UHGV virus genome: UHGV-0087599
From: a virus
Strand: one strand, 5' to 3'
DNA: 63,129 bases
The notes beneath the pieces were generated by a model, which was not told the DNA's origin, searched no databases, and saw nothing but the letters and a program-made list of their open reading frames with translations. Position 1 is the stretch's first letter. Each line of letters opens with the position of its first letter. Of this stretch, positions 1 to 8,882 are shown in pieces. The position numbers and the translations under genes are program-made.

Positions 1-55
1 GCTGCTGGACCGGCTGCTGGACCGGCTGCTGGACCGGCTGCTGGACCGGCTGCTG
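1..55. repeat. 12-nt tandem repeat gctgctggaccg, 4 copies plus 1 partial, continuing at the window end; encodes (QQPV)n on the minus strand
   Basis: Direct reading of 1..55. The same unit occurs at 63106..63129, in phase across the junction. Confidence 0.9.
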
Positions 56-187
56 CGACTCGGACTGGGTCGCAGCCGCTTCTGCTCTGGCATACTGGTC
101 ACGAAAAACCTGTGCCATACCAGGAGTACGCGTAAAGGCAGAAGAGACGGAAGTATTGCCGCCAGGTGCCGCAGGGTTGTTAGACAT
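1..187 (-). CDS. N-terminal part of the same junction-spanning scaffold-like gene
   Basis: ATG is the reverse complement of 185..187; translation MSNNPAAPGGNTSVSSAFTRTPGMAQVFRDQYARAEAAATQSESQQPVQQPV... runs off position 1 in frame with 62351..63129. Confidence 0.6.
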   Translation of the reverse strand, partial: MSNNPAAPGGNTSVSSAFTRTPGMAQVFRDQYARAEAAATQSESQQPVQQPVQQPVQQPVQQ

Positions 188-198
188 AGTGCTTTCTC

Positions 199-480
199 CT
201 ACTTGATGTACTGTTTCAGGGTGGTGACAATATCCTGAAGCATCAGAACGCGCCCCAGAGCCATACATCCCGAACCTTTTTTCTGCTCATCGAGCAGAGC
301 CGCATGTGCAAGGGCGTCGCACTCCGTGGATTCTTTTTTCAGCGCGGTTTCGAACAACCCCACCAGAGAAAGAAGCGCACCCTGATTCGCAGCAAGCGTA
401 GCCAAAAGGTTATCGCCTGCGGATTTGTCGCCCTTAATTGCCAGAAGACGGGACATAACGCAGTCCGTTGATAGTGTCAC
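199..480 (-). CDS. hypothetical protein, 93 aa
   Basis: ORF in the minus-strand structural operon, upstream of the scaffold-like gene. Confidence 0.4.
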   Translation of the reverse strand: MTLSTDCVMSRLLAIKGDKSAGDNLLATLAANQGALLSLVGLFETALKKESTECDALAHAALLDEQKKGSGCMALGRVLMLQDIVTTLKQYIK

Positions 481-619
481 GAACAGACTTGTTGTCGTCA
501 GACGGTCGACGCTGAGGATTCATGACCGTACCGGGACGACCGGCATTGATACCGACATTGGACGGGGGAACAGCAGGCTTGCGCGGGGAGTTACCACCGC
601 AACGAGAACATCCCATCAT
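434..619 (-). CDS. hypothetical small protein, 61 aa
   Basis: ORF abutting its neighbours; overlaps 199..480 by 46 nt. Confidence 0.25.
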   Translation of the reverse strand: MMGCSRCGGNSPRKPAVPPSNVGINAGRPGTVMNPQRRPSDDNKSVRDTINGLRYVPSSGN

Positions 620-867
620 TTACCTCCATAACGCATGTTATCCATGATACCAGCATACACATGCCCATTATAAGGACATTCACGCATATGCTGGTCATCA
701 CGCAAACGTTGCATGTTGCGCCGCACATACCCCGACTCCGGTATGTCAGCAGATTCCGCCAAAAACGGATTGTCCTTAACCAGCATACCCGGATTTTGGG
801 CTTTCTTCCGTGCCTTATCCCACACGCTTTCGGTAGGGATTTCCGCGCAAGAAAACACAGTCGCCAT
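616..867 (-). CDS. hypothetical protein, 83 aa
   Basis: ORF in the operon; 4-nt overlap with the downstream gene. Confidence 0.4.
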   Translation of the reverse strand: MATVFSCAEIPTESVWDKARKKAQNPGMLVKDNPFLAESADIPESGYVRRNMQRLRDDQHMRECPYNGHVYAGIMDNMRYGGK

Positions 868-879
868 AACGCACCCCCT

Positions 880-1260
880 TTAAGCGTCGTAGGCAGGAAG
901 CGATTTGCCCCCGAGCTTCACCCAGGAAGACGGTTTGCCCAACAGAGTAGCGCGGTCGCCGATGACCACAGTACCAAGGGTAGCACCATCCTGTTCAGTA
1001 GGCGCATTGGCAGCTTCGATGGAAGCAGCACGATTCAGTGCATCGGCCAGAGGACGCAGCTCATCAGCAGACAATTTGGTCATAGCGTTGATGATGGTAC
1101 GCAGACTGGCTTCGTCGATAGACACCAGATTGGTCAGCGTGCACCCGCTGAGAACAGAACCAGAGATAGTGCTGTTCTGGATGTTGGAGGATGTGATAGT
1201 GGCATCAATGATGGTGCCACCCTGAATAAATTCGATGATAGGACCACAACCAGGAGCCAT
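880..1260 (-). CDS. hypothetical protein, 126 aa
   Basis: ORF with coding-like composition between portal-proximal genes. Confidence 0.45.
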   Translation of the reverse strand: MAPGCGPIIEFIQGGTIIDATITSSNIQNSTISGSVLSGCTLTNLVSIDEASLRTIINAMTKLSADELRPLADALNRAASIEAANAPTEQDGATLGTVVIGDRATLLGKPSSWVKLGGKSLPAYDA

Positions 1261-1261
1261 A

Positions 1262-1723
1262 CTAGCCTCCTATGAAAATTTCCGGTGCGTACACCTGTCC
1301 GATGTCGTACAGGTCAGCATAGACATTGGCCTTTCCGACCATGGTGGCATCGTTGAGTTCGAGCTGGTAGGAACCAGGAATACCGACAGCCATGACACTG
1401 TTACAGAGAGACAGGCTCCACATGCAATTCAGCGTGCTGACAGCAATGTCAGCCACGAGTTCGCTCGAAATGTTGGCGACATCGACCACCCATCCACTGC
1501 AACTCTGTGTCTTGTCCTTGACAGCAGGCAACTTGGAACCCGTAAAATCGTGGATGAGGCGGTGCAGGCAGGCTTGCATGGGCGTAGCCGCTTCATTCTC
1601 GACGCGGAATTTGTAAGCATTGAATCCAGATGCCCACAAGACGACCACTTTACCCGGGTGGACAGTAAAGACCGAGGACAAGACGGTCGTATTTTCAGGT
1701 GTCCAAAGAGGTACAACAGCCAT
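1262..1723 (-). CDS. hypothetical protein, 153 aa; start moved to internal Met (MAVVPLWTPENTT)
   Basis: Internal ATG at 1723 gives an ATGA-type 1-nt overlap with the stop of the upstream gene 1723..1977. The track ORF start at 1822 would overlap by 100 nt. Confidence 0.4.
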   Translation of the reverse strand: MAVVPLWTPENTTVLSSVFTVHPGKVVVLWASGFNAYKFRVENEAATPMQACLHRLIHDFTGSKLPAVKDKTQSCSGWVVDVANISSELVADIAVSTLNCMWSLSLCNSVMAVGIPGSYQLELNDATMVGKANVYADLYDIGQVYAPEIFIGG

Positions 1724-1977
1724 CAGAAACTCCCCATCATGTAACCGAGGATAGCCCCGTATATGAGCCCTCGAACAGTATTGCAGCAGATGCAATCGTT
1801 CTGTTTGAACGGGAACAACCACATCCTATAGATAGCGTTGTAAATCTTATTGTCCGGTTTTTCAATATCCGTGTCGTACAGATACCCGTGACAAAAATTC
1901 ACGTTGTTACAAAACCAGGCCACAAACTTGTACGCCCAGGTCCCTTTCTTGGGGGAGGGCGTGTTCAGCAATTCCAT
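1723..1977 (-). CDS. small Cys-rich protein (CNNVNFCHG...CICCNT) with hydrophobic C-terminus, 84 aa; lower GC than its neighbours
   Basis: ORF whose start overlaps the portal stop by 1 nt (TGATGG). AT-rich codon usage unlike the flanking genes. Confidence 0.4.
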   Translation of the reverse strand: MELLNTPSPKKGTWAYKFVAWFCNNVNFCHGYLYDTDIEKPDNKIYNAIYRMWLFPFKQNDCICCNTVRGLIYGAILGYMMGSF

Positions 1978-3953
1978 CAGGCTTCACCTCCTGTGATGTC
2001 AGCCGTAACACCAGCACCAGTGGGCGAAGGCGGCGCCGGATTGGGAGCAGACCCAGCTCCCGGCATGACCCCCATCGGTGACATCTGCTCCATCTGGCCC
2101 AGAACATTGTCGGGAACACCCATAGTACCAAGCAGGGTCTTGAGGCTCCAGGAGATTACAGGGGCCAGATTGACCGCCTGACCGAGCGCACCGGCTGCGG
2201 CACCGACAGTCTGAAGAATCTCCATGGCCGACTGCTTTTCCATCTCCTTCTTGAGCAGCCCTTCAGCTCCCTTCGTGATGATATGGCTGTCGCCTTTGAC
2301 CTCCATGTCTTTGGCAAACAACATGTTGGTATTATACAGCAATTCCCCAAGCGGCTTGAAGACACCGTAGGCGATGTTGTCTGCTGCCGCATGGAGGGCC
2401 TTAGTGGCATTGCCTTGCAGCATGGACATGCCACGGAACGTGCGCATGGCCCCGGAACCAACAGCCTCACCATGGAGGGCCGCAGGGATATTGGTGACAC
2501 GGTCAGCAAGCTGCATGAACATTTCCATGAGCTGTGCATACGCCGGGATATTGGAAGGGATATTCGTAAAGCGGAACGCGGGCATGTTGTTGTTGCCCAG
2601 GTCAGAGTCGGACAAGTAAAGACTCCCGGGCACTATTTGCCCGAGCTCACCCTTGCCGATATACGACGCGATGCGCCTGTAGTCTGCTTCACAGATAGGC
2701 GCCGAAGCATTGGCCGCATTCCGCATGAGGTACATAAGGCTCGCCATGTAAGCACGTTCGATGTCGCGCAAACGCTGGGCGATACCATCACCGGCAATAC
2801 GGTCTCCGCCAGTACGATAAAAACTCGCGGTGTATACCGGGCGCGTCTGTATCTTGGGGTCGGAGAAGACCCTCACCTCGATGACGCGCCCCTGGACCAA
2901 CGAAATCTGGCAGTTGTAGAAGTCGCCATCATCGAGACCCTGGATGTCATATTTTTGCAGTTCCCTGCCAGACATGAGCCCGTAGTGGGTCAGGACCTCG
3001 ATAGGGCTCACGTTAGAAGACCACAACGCCATATTGCGCTGTCCTTCATCCGGGGCCCGAGACAACCAGCTCAGGTTGAAGTCTACATTGGGGTCGTCAG
3101 CCTGCTTCAAAATGTCCTTGATGTTGGCCGCGATATAACCGTCGAGCTTGGAAGCATTCAACAACTCGCGCCGTGTCCAACGGGTACGAGTAAAAATACA
3201 TGTCCCACGCTGCGTATCAGGACTGTCAGGACTGTAGGCAAAGTCGAAGGGACTTATGGCGCGGAATGTCGGAAAGACTTCCGTATCAATACGCGGCTTA
3301 TTCTTGCCCCACACGAGACGCGGGGCCCGCGTGATATAGGGGCCAGCGAAAACCGCAAAAGGATAGATGGGGAACCATTGCAGGAAGTCGGTGAGAGCTC
3401 GATTGAATCCACCTTCAGCACACTGGTCGGCCAGCAGAAGCATCATGGCGTCGGCAGATTTCTTTGCCTTTTCCGTTTCTTTGAAATGCATCTCACGCTT
3501 CTGCTGCCGAATGGCCTCGATGAGCTGGGATGCGTCTTCGAAACTACCACTCTGGAGTTGCGCTTTTATCTCGTTGAAAATCTCATCCTGGGCTACAGGA
3601 GAAATATCGGGACGCGGCGTGGGCACCACAGTCCAGGGAAGCGAGGCATCCCCGGAACTTGTCATGGCGTCATTGAGGTACGAGTTGGCGATGTCGGCTT
3701 TCAGAGCAGTCAGGTTGATGTAGGCATCGACACCCAGAGCTTTGGCGCGTTCCTGCGTATCACACGACATGATGCCGTTCTGCTGATTCCAGCAGTTCTC
3801 AAGCACAGTGCGAAGAGGCTTGCCATTCACAAGCTCAGTAGACTGCCACGACACAGCGCCATTGAACCTGTCCATGACGGCATCGGCCAGCGGGTCGTGG
3901 GATTTCTCCTTCACGTCCTCGATTTCCAGCATCCAGTTGATAGCGTCGCTCAT
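1977..3953 (-). CDS. portal protein, 658 aa
   Basis: Large ORF immediately downstream of TerL. Size and position are typical of a portal; Gly/Pro-rich C-terminal tail. Confidence 0.6.
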   Translation of the reverse strand: MSDAINWMLEIEDVKEKSHDPLADAVMDRFNGAVSWQSTELVNGKPLRTVLENCWNQQNGIMSCDTQERAKALGVDAYINLTALKADIANSYLNDAMTSSGDASLPWTVVPTPRPDISPVAQDEIFNEIKAQLQSGSFEDASQLIEAIRQQKREMHFKETEKAKKSADAMMLLLADQCAEGGFNRALTDFLQWFPIYPFAVFAGPYITRAPRLVWGKNKPRIDTEVFPTFRAISPFDFAYSPDSPDTQRGTCIFTRTRWTRRELLNASKLDGYIAANIKDILKQADDPNVDFNLSWLSRAPDEGQRNMALWSSNVSPIEVLTHYGLMSGRELQKYDIQGLDDGDFYNCQISLVQGRVIEVRVFSDPKIQTRPVYTASFYRTGGDRIAGDGIAQRLRDIERAYMASLMYLMRNAANASAPICEADYRRIASYIGKGELGQIVPGSLYLSDSDLGNNNMPAFRFTNIPSNIPAYAQLMEMFMQLADRVTNIPAALHGEAVGSGAMRTFRGMSMLQGNATKALHAAADNIAYGVFKPLGELLYNTNMLFAKDMEVKGDSHIITKGAEGLLKKEMEKQSAMEILQTVGAAAGALGQAVNLAPVISWSLKTLLGTMGVPDNVLGQMEQMSPMGVMPGAGSAPNPAPPSPTGAGVTADITGGEA

Positions 3954-3992
3954 AACTTTCTCCCTATCAAATCACACGCCTGGGCGTCAATC

Positions 3993-5501
3993 TTACACGA
4001 CGCTGGACAAAGAACTGCGCCTGCGTATGAGTTCGTCCCTGACGTTTTGCATCGTGGTATCCTTATCCATATTGTCCCCACGCTGGATAAGAAGGGCCGC
4101 GTACTGGAGAGCGTCATGCACATGACTCGCATCATTCTTTTCCGGGCTCGGCGTGTACACAGAGCCCAGCGTCCCAGATGCACGCAACTTGCGGTATCGG
4201 TATTCATGCGAGAACCCGCGAATGAGCATCTGACAGGCCGGGTCGATGAGCAACCCTCCGACACGCTGGTTAAGCATATGCTCTACTGTCTGGATGCGGA
4301 CCCTGGGATTGTTCGTCAATTCCGTCACGGCCTTGATACCGGCATCAGCAAAACGCTGTTTGGGCGTGACGGCCTGCCATGAATCCCGGGTATTACTCGG
4401 GTCGATGGCAGCGACCAGAGGATTCGTGCTGTATCTTCCACGCAGCAGCGGTAGCAGCATACCATGCAGGAAATTCTCGAACCCCTCGTTATCAGCGTAC
4501 AATTCATCCAGCACACACCAGGTCCCATTGATGTTTTGCAAGATGACCGCAGCAGGATGGATACCGGACTGGTCGACACCGATGATGATGGGCTGGAAAG
4601 GTCGCGGTTCCAATGCTTCCGCCGCCACATGGATATTGATGTTGAAATTCGAGTAGACCGGCTTGCCATCAACGATAGGCACGTCCATCATGCAATACTG
4701 GTTGTCGATGATGTCCGTGCGCCCGGTCTTGAGCAAGGCATCTATCTGGTTACGGTAATACCGCATACCTTGCTGTTCAGGAGTGAAATCATCCGGGTCC
4801 CCCTCTTCTCTAGCACCCAGATTACGCAGATTCTCGGCATCCGGGTTCACCTCGTAGGTCACAGCACCCGTGACTTCATCAACGTGCTTGAAGGCAGCGG
4901 GGGGCTGCCTGAACACTGCCCAGTTGGGTTGCGGGTTGCGGATGTACTCATCGAGCCAGGAGCCGGGTTCAGGCTGGTTGAAGTCCATGATGGTACCGCC
5001 CCACGAGATACCACCAAGGTCCTGGGACGGGTAACGTCCGATACGTCCTGTGACAGCGTTGTACACTTCGGGCGAACAACCCGTGGCTTCATTGAGCCAG
5101 GCGAAAGTCCAGTTGGCAGACCGCAACTTGTGAGCATCATCAGCCGTCTTGAGGGCCCACAACTCCAGTTCAAGAGAGACCTTGGTGCCGTCAGGCAGCG
5201 GAATGAAGTAGAACCCGCGCACAGGAGCACCAGAACTGGCAATCGTACCATATTCAGCGGGCAGCAGTTCGATAAGCGACCTGCGCGTGGTGGCGATGAG
5301 TTCGGGATAAGACGAACGCACGACCCCGACACGGACATATCGTACACCGTCTGGGGCAGGATTCTGGGCACACGCGCACGTCAGCACATCTGCAACACAG
5401 GCACATGATTTCCCTGACCCATAGGGCCCGACAATCATTTTGAGGTACTTGTCGCAGTTATGCAGGAGCATACCGGTAGGCGAAGGCACATAGTTGAACA
5501 T
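3993..5501 (-). CDS. terL: terminase large subunit
   Basis: Walker A GPYGSGKS near the N-terminus; ATPase-like N-domain and a C-terminal nuclease-like region (HVHDALQYAA); 502 aa; next to the portal. Confidence 0.85.
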   Translation of the reverse strand: MFNYVPSPTGMLLHNCDKYLKMIVGPYGSGKSCACVADVLTCACAQNPAPDGVRYVRVGVVRSSYPELIATTRRSLIELLPAEYGTIASSGAPVRGFYFIPLPDGTKVSLELELWALKTADDAHKLRSANWTFAWLNEATGCSPEVYNAVTGRIGRYPSQDLGGISWGGTIMDFNQPEPGSWLDEYIRNPQPNWAVFRQPPAAFKHVDEVTGAVTYEVNPDAENLRNLGAREEGDPDDFTPEQQGMRYYRNQIDALLKTGRTDIIDNQYCMMDVPIVDGKPVYSNFNINIHVAAEALEPRPFQPIIIGVDQSGIHPAAVILQNINGTWCVLDELYADNEGFENFLHGMLLPLLRGRYSTNPLVAAIDPSNTRDSWQAVTPKQRFADAGIKAVTELTNNPRVRIQTVEHMLNQRVGGLLIDPACQMLIRGFSHEYRYRKLRASGTLGSVYTPSPEKNDASHVHDALQYAALLIQRGDNMDKDTTMQNVRDELIRRRSSLSSVV

Positions 5502-5504
5502 GGT

Positions 5505-6023
5505 CTACTCCGTAGGTAATGCATGGGCTACTTTGGCTACACCCTTCGGTAACGGAAGAGGTACAGCGACATTGACCTGGGTATTCACCTGCGTGGTCTC
5601 TTTGGCATCGGCAAGACCAGCCACTTTGACCAGCATATCAAGAAGTTTCAACGCATCACGGGAGTCCATCTCTCCACTGTAAGCATCACGGAACAACTTT
5701 TCCCAAAGCGCTTGAGAAAGCGTCAGGGCCCTGTATCTCGCCCCGGCTTTGCTGCCCTGATTTTTGACCTCTTCCAGACTCCCCTGAAAAAGCTGCTGGA
5801 AATAGGGGTTATGCAGGATGTCCATAAGTTCCTGCTTCGTGAGACCATATTCAGACATGATGGACTTGATGTCCGTAGGACTGTCAGGAACCTGCAAAAT
5901 AGCAAGGTCGCGAGCCAGAGACGGCCAACGTACCTGATTCTTCAAAGGTTCATTCATGGTGCTGAGTCTCCAAGATAAAAAGGGGAGACATACGCCTCCC
6001 CTTTCGGTATTCGATTGTTGCAT
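5505..6023 (-). CDS. putative terminase small subunit; alternative start at 5957 (MNEPLKNQ...)
   Basis: Directly upstream of TerL; HTH-like segment IMSEYGLTKQELMDIL; 151-172 aa. Confidence 0.4.
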   Translation of the reverse strand: MQQSNTERGGVCLPFLSWRLSTMNEPLKNQVRWPSLARDLAILQVPDSPTDIKSIMSEYGLTKQELMDILHNPYFQQLFQGSLEEVKNQGSKAGARYRALTLSQALWEKLFRDAYSGEMDSRDALKLLDMLVKVAGLADAKETTQVNTQVNVAVPLPLPKGVAKVAHALPTE

Positions 6024-6043
6024 CGAGAACAGCGCATCTGCGC

Positions 6044-6286
6044 CTATTTAACGTCGGCAGCCGGGGGACTGTCAACCTGGCTCGCAGCCACAATGGCAAT
6101 GAGCTGAGTAGCAAGCCGTTCCAACTGCACAAGGCTAGGGAGCCTCTTCTGCATAGCCAGAGCCATAGCCCAGGGCATAGCCTCTTTCATAGCGTCTTCC
6201 AGCAGCCGCGCCGCCGTAGGGTATGTTTCCATGAGCTGGGCAGCATTCAGCCGAATCCGCTCGTAGACCTTGTCGTCAGAGGCCAT
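6044..6286 (-). CDS. hypothetical protein, 80 aa
   Basis: ORF between the Gly-rich gene and TerS. Confidence 0.4.
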   Translation of the reverse strand: MASDDKVYERIRLNAAQLMETYPTAARLLEDAMKEAMPWAMALAMQKRLPSLVQLERLATQLIAIVAASQVDSPPAADVK

Positions 6287-6371
6287 ATATTACGCCTTCG
6301 TATCCGAACCGGGCTGGCCCGCAGGCTGCGGGGGCAGCTTCTTCTGCTGGGCCTCAGTCGCATCTTGCGGC

Positions 6372-6602
6372 TCAGATGGAATCCACGTCGGAACGCATGG
6401 TGGTCAGGGATTCCATCACATACTGGTTGCCGTTGTTGCCGCAGCAACCACCACCGCAGCAGTTGCCATTGTTCCAATTGCCACCACGACCCCAGGCAGA
6501 ACCCACGGCACCACCGATGGCGCCACCGATGAGGGCGCCGCCCCAGTTGCCCATGCCGTTGTTGTTACCGCCGATGTCGATAGTAGGCTGGAGACCTTCC
6601 AT
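6372..6602 (-). CDS. glycine-zipper small protein, 76 aa, with a CCGGGCC cysteine cluster; start moved to MEGLQPT
   Basis: GGALIGGAIGGAVGSAWG matches a GxxxG-type glycine-zipper membrane motif; Gly/Asn-rich flanks and NCCGGGCCGNNGN. Confidence 0.45.
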   Translation of the reverse strand: MEGLQPTIDIGGNNNGMGNWGGALIGGAIGGAVGSAWGRGGNWNNGNCCGGGCCGNNGNQYVMESLTTMRSDVDSI

Positions 6603-6685
6603 GAGAAAAACTCCTTGTAAAATGTGGCGATGACCTAGGAACAATGCCCAGGCAGGCTTATGTAATCAGCGGGAAATCCGCTAAT

Positions 6686-7339
6686 TTACGCAGTGAAGCG
6701 AACGAGGGCCGACACATAGGACTGAGTCGTCATACCGGTGACAGCCAATTTCACAGCCTTGCCTTTGAGTGCGCCAAGTGCCTGCGGAGAGTCATTCAGC
6801 GTGATGGGGTTGGCCCCGGATTCCGAGCTCAACAGCACCTGCAAACCCCCGGTACCCGCACCATCAGCTTCGATGTAGCTGAGAGTGACATTGTTCCAGT
6901 CACTCGCAAGGACTGTGTGGATGACTTCGTCAGGAAAGGCAAAATACAGCGGGAGGACGACAAAAGCGGAAGGCATCTGTGCAGCCAGCCACTCCTGGTC
7001 GACCTGAATCACGCCCGCTTTGGTAATGGTGATACCTTCCCCAGCAGTCAGCGACCCACCGAGGGCATCTTCAAGAGCCGTAAGGTCGATTTCCACTGCG
7101 ATGGAATCGCCCTGCAAAGGAGCCTCTGCTCCGTCATTGAACGTGAGGATACCCCCCGTGCTCTTAAGCAGAAACTTATCGGGAACCGTGGGGTGTCCGC
7201 CAGCAGTCGAACCGTCATGGACGACCACGACATGCTTGTCGGTGTCGACGGTGAGCTCACCGGGGAGGCCCTTGTATGTTTTGTGCTGGGCAGTCGTCCC
7301 CCTGAACTGCTGGATAGGACTGGAGTTGTTTCTCGCCAT
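6686..7339 (-). CDS. tail-fibre paralog A, 217 aa, with Mtd_N-like N-terminal domain
   Basis: N-terminus QQFRGTTAQHKTYKGLPGELTVDTDKHVVVVHDGSTAGGHP. It is near-identical to fibre B and resembles the N-terminal domain of Bordetella phage BPP-1 Mtd (from memory). Confidence 0.65.
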   Translation of the reverse strand: MARNNSSPIQQFRGTTAQHKTYKGLPGELTVDTDKHVVVVHDGSTAGGHPTVPDKFLLKSTGGILTFNDGAEAPLQGDSIAVEIDLTALEDALGGSLTAGEGITITKAGVIQVDQEWLAAQMPSAFVVLPLYFAFPDEVIHTVLASDWNNVTLSYIEADGAGTGGLQVLLSSESGANPITLNDSPQALGALKGKAVKLAVTGMTTQSYVSALVRFTA

Positions 7340-7455
7340 ATGTATATACCTACCTCTTTACATACTGCATTAGGAGGGGACGTATAGAAAACTACCCTCT
7401 CAAACAAGAGGGTGCAGCCGGGGGGCTTTCCTCGGCTGCACCCATGGCAAAACGC

Positions 7456-8814
7456 TTAGGCGTCCATGGTGCCGTAGTCGGAATAGACCATCAGCTTGCC
7501 ATTGTCGCACTGAATCTGATTGCCCGCAGTCTCGGAAATCATGGAGCAGCCCAAAGAACCGTCCGGGTTGTCTACCATACCGTTGACGATATTCTCGACC
7601 GGGGTCTTGAGGTCAGTTTTAGTCAGCAGCGCACCCTTGTCAGTACCGGTCTTGATGACGTTACCGGCAGCAGCAGACACGATCTTCACGGACAGCTTGC
7701 CGTCGGCACCGGCCTTGATAGCGTTGTCAGCGTCGGAAGAAATCGTGTTGGTGAAGTCCACCACGATGTTGCCGCTTTTATCGAACTTGATACCGGTTCC
7801 CAGCTTGGCAGAGATGGTATGACCGGAGATGGTGATACCCCGACCTGCGGTGTACACATCCACGAGGTCGGTAACATCCACATAGGTGTCGGCCACGGAA
7901 CCATCGGACAGGGCCCAGATGAAGTGCAGGTACATACCGGATTTCAGGCCCACCTGGGGCGTGAAGCTGACAGTGCCGCTGACCGTGGTACCGCTGACAG
8001 CGAACGGGACAGAGGCGGACGACGTGTCATCGAACGTCACCGTGACCGGGCTGGAACCACCTTTCACGGTCTTGTCGTCGCCGTTGAACACAGCACGCAC
8101 AGCAGCGACCGAGGTGCCGCCTTCAGCCAGCTCAGTGGAGTATTCAGCGCTACCGGCGGAACCCTTGGTGGTCGTCACCTGGACACCCACGGCATCAGAC
8201 CAGGTGCCGTTCTGGTCACGGAAAATCAGGGTCAGGTGGTAGTCACCTTCGACCTCTTCACCGCCAGCATCAGGCTTACCGTTCGTCAGTTCAACACCCT
8301 TGAGCACGGAAGTGCTGGACGGGATGGTCACGTTGGCGACTTCGGTGGAACCGTCATGGCCGATGAGTTTCAGCTTACCAGAGGGCTGGTCGTAGGTCAT
8401 GCTGAGGTCAGCGGCGACCTTGCCGTCGGCATCATGCAGAATCTTGTCACCGGCACGGATGATGAGATCGGCGTCAGGGGCCTTAGCATACAGCTTACTG
8501 TCGGAACCGACGGACAGACCGTTGTTGGCGTCGGTGGACACCAGGTCGGTAGCCAGGGAAGTCATGTCCACAGTGAGCGTCACGTCACCAGCGAGAGTGC
8601 CCTTGGTGGAACCGTTCACTTTCAGGTGGGTGTCGCCAGTGACCTTGCGGTCTTCGCGGGCCATAGGAATACCACCGGCAGTGGAACCGTCGTGGACGAC
8701 CACAACCTTCTTATCGGTATCGACAGTCAGTTCGCCGACTTTGCCGGTGTACGCGGCGTGCTGCGCAGTCGTACCACGATACTGCTGGATAACGTCGGGA
8801 GTTTTACGAGCCAT
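7456..8814 (-). CDS. tail-fibre or tailspike paralog B, 452 aa, Mtd_N-like N-terminus
   Basis: N-terminus IQQYRGTTAQHAAYTGKVGELTVDTDKKVVVVHDGSTAGGIPMARED. The middle and C-terminal regions (GKLKLIGHDGST...EGDYHLTLIF...; GMYLHFIWALSDGSVADTYVDVTDLVDVYTAGRGITISG) are homologous to fibre C. Confidence 0.7.
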   Translation of the reverse strand: MARKTPDVIQQYRGTTAQHAAYTGKVGELTVDTDKKVVVVHDGSTAGGIPMAREDRKVTGDTHLKVNGSTKGTLAGDVTLTVDMTSLATDLVSTDANNGLSVGSDSKLYAKAPDADLIIRAGDKILHDADGKVAADLSMTYDQPSGKLKLIGHDGSTEVANVTIPSSTSVLKGVELTNGKPDAGGEEVEGDYHLTLIFRDQNGTWSDAVGVQVTTTKGSAGSAEYSTELAEGGTSVAAVRAVFNGDDKTVKGGSSPVTVTFDDTSSASVPFAVSGTTVSGTVSFTPQVGLKSGMYLHFIWALSDGSVADTYVDVTDLVDVYTAGRGITISGHTISAKLGTGIKFDKSGNIVVDFTNTISSDADNAIKAGADGKLSVKIVSAAAGNVIKTGTDKGALLTKTDLKTPVENIVNGMVDNPDGSLGCSMISETAGNQIQCDNGKLMVYSDYGTMDA

Positions 8815-8882
8815 AAATCACTCCACAGTTTGAGGCCCGGACCCTATGCCCAGGCCGTATCAATGTTACTCAGGTGGCCGCA

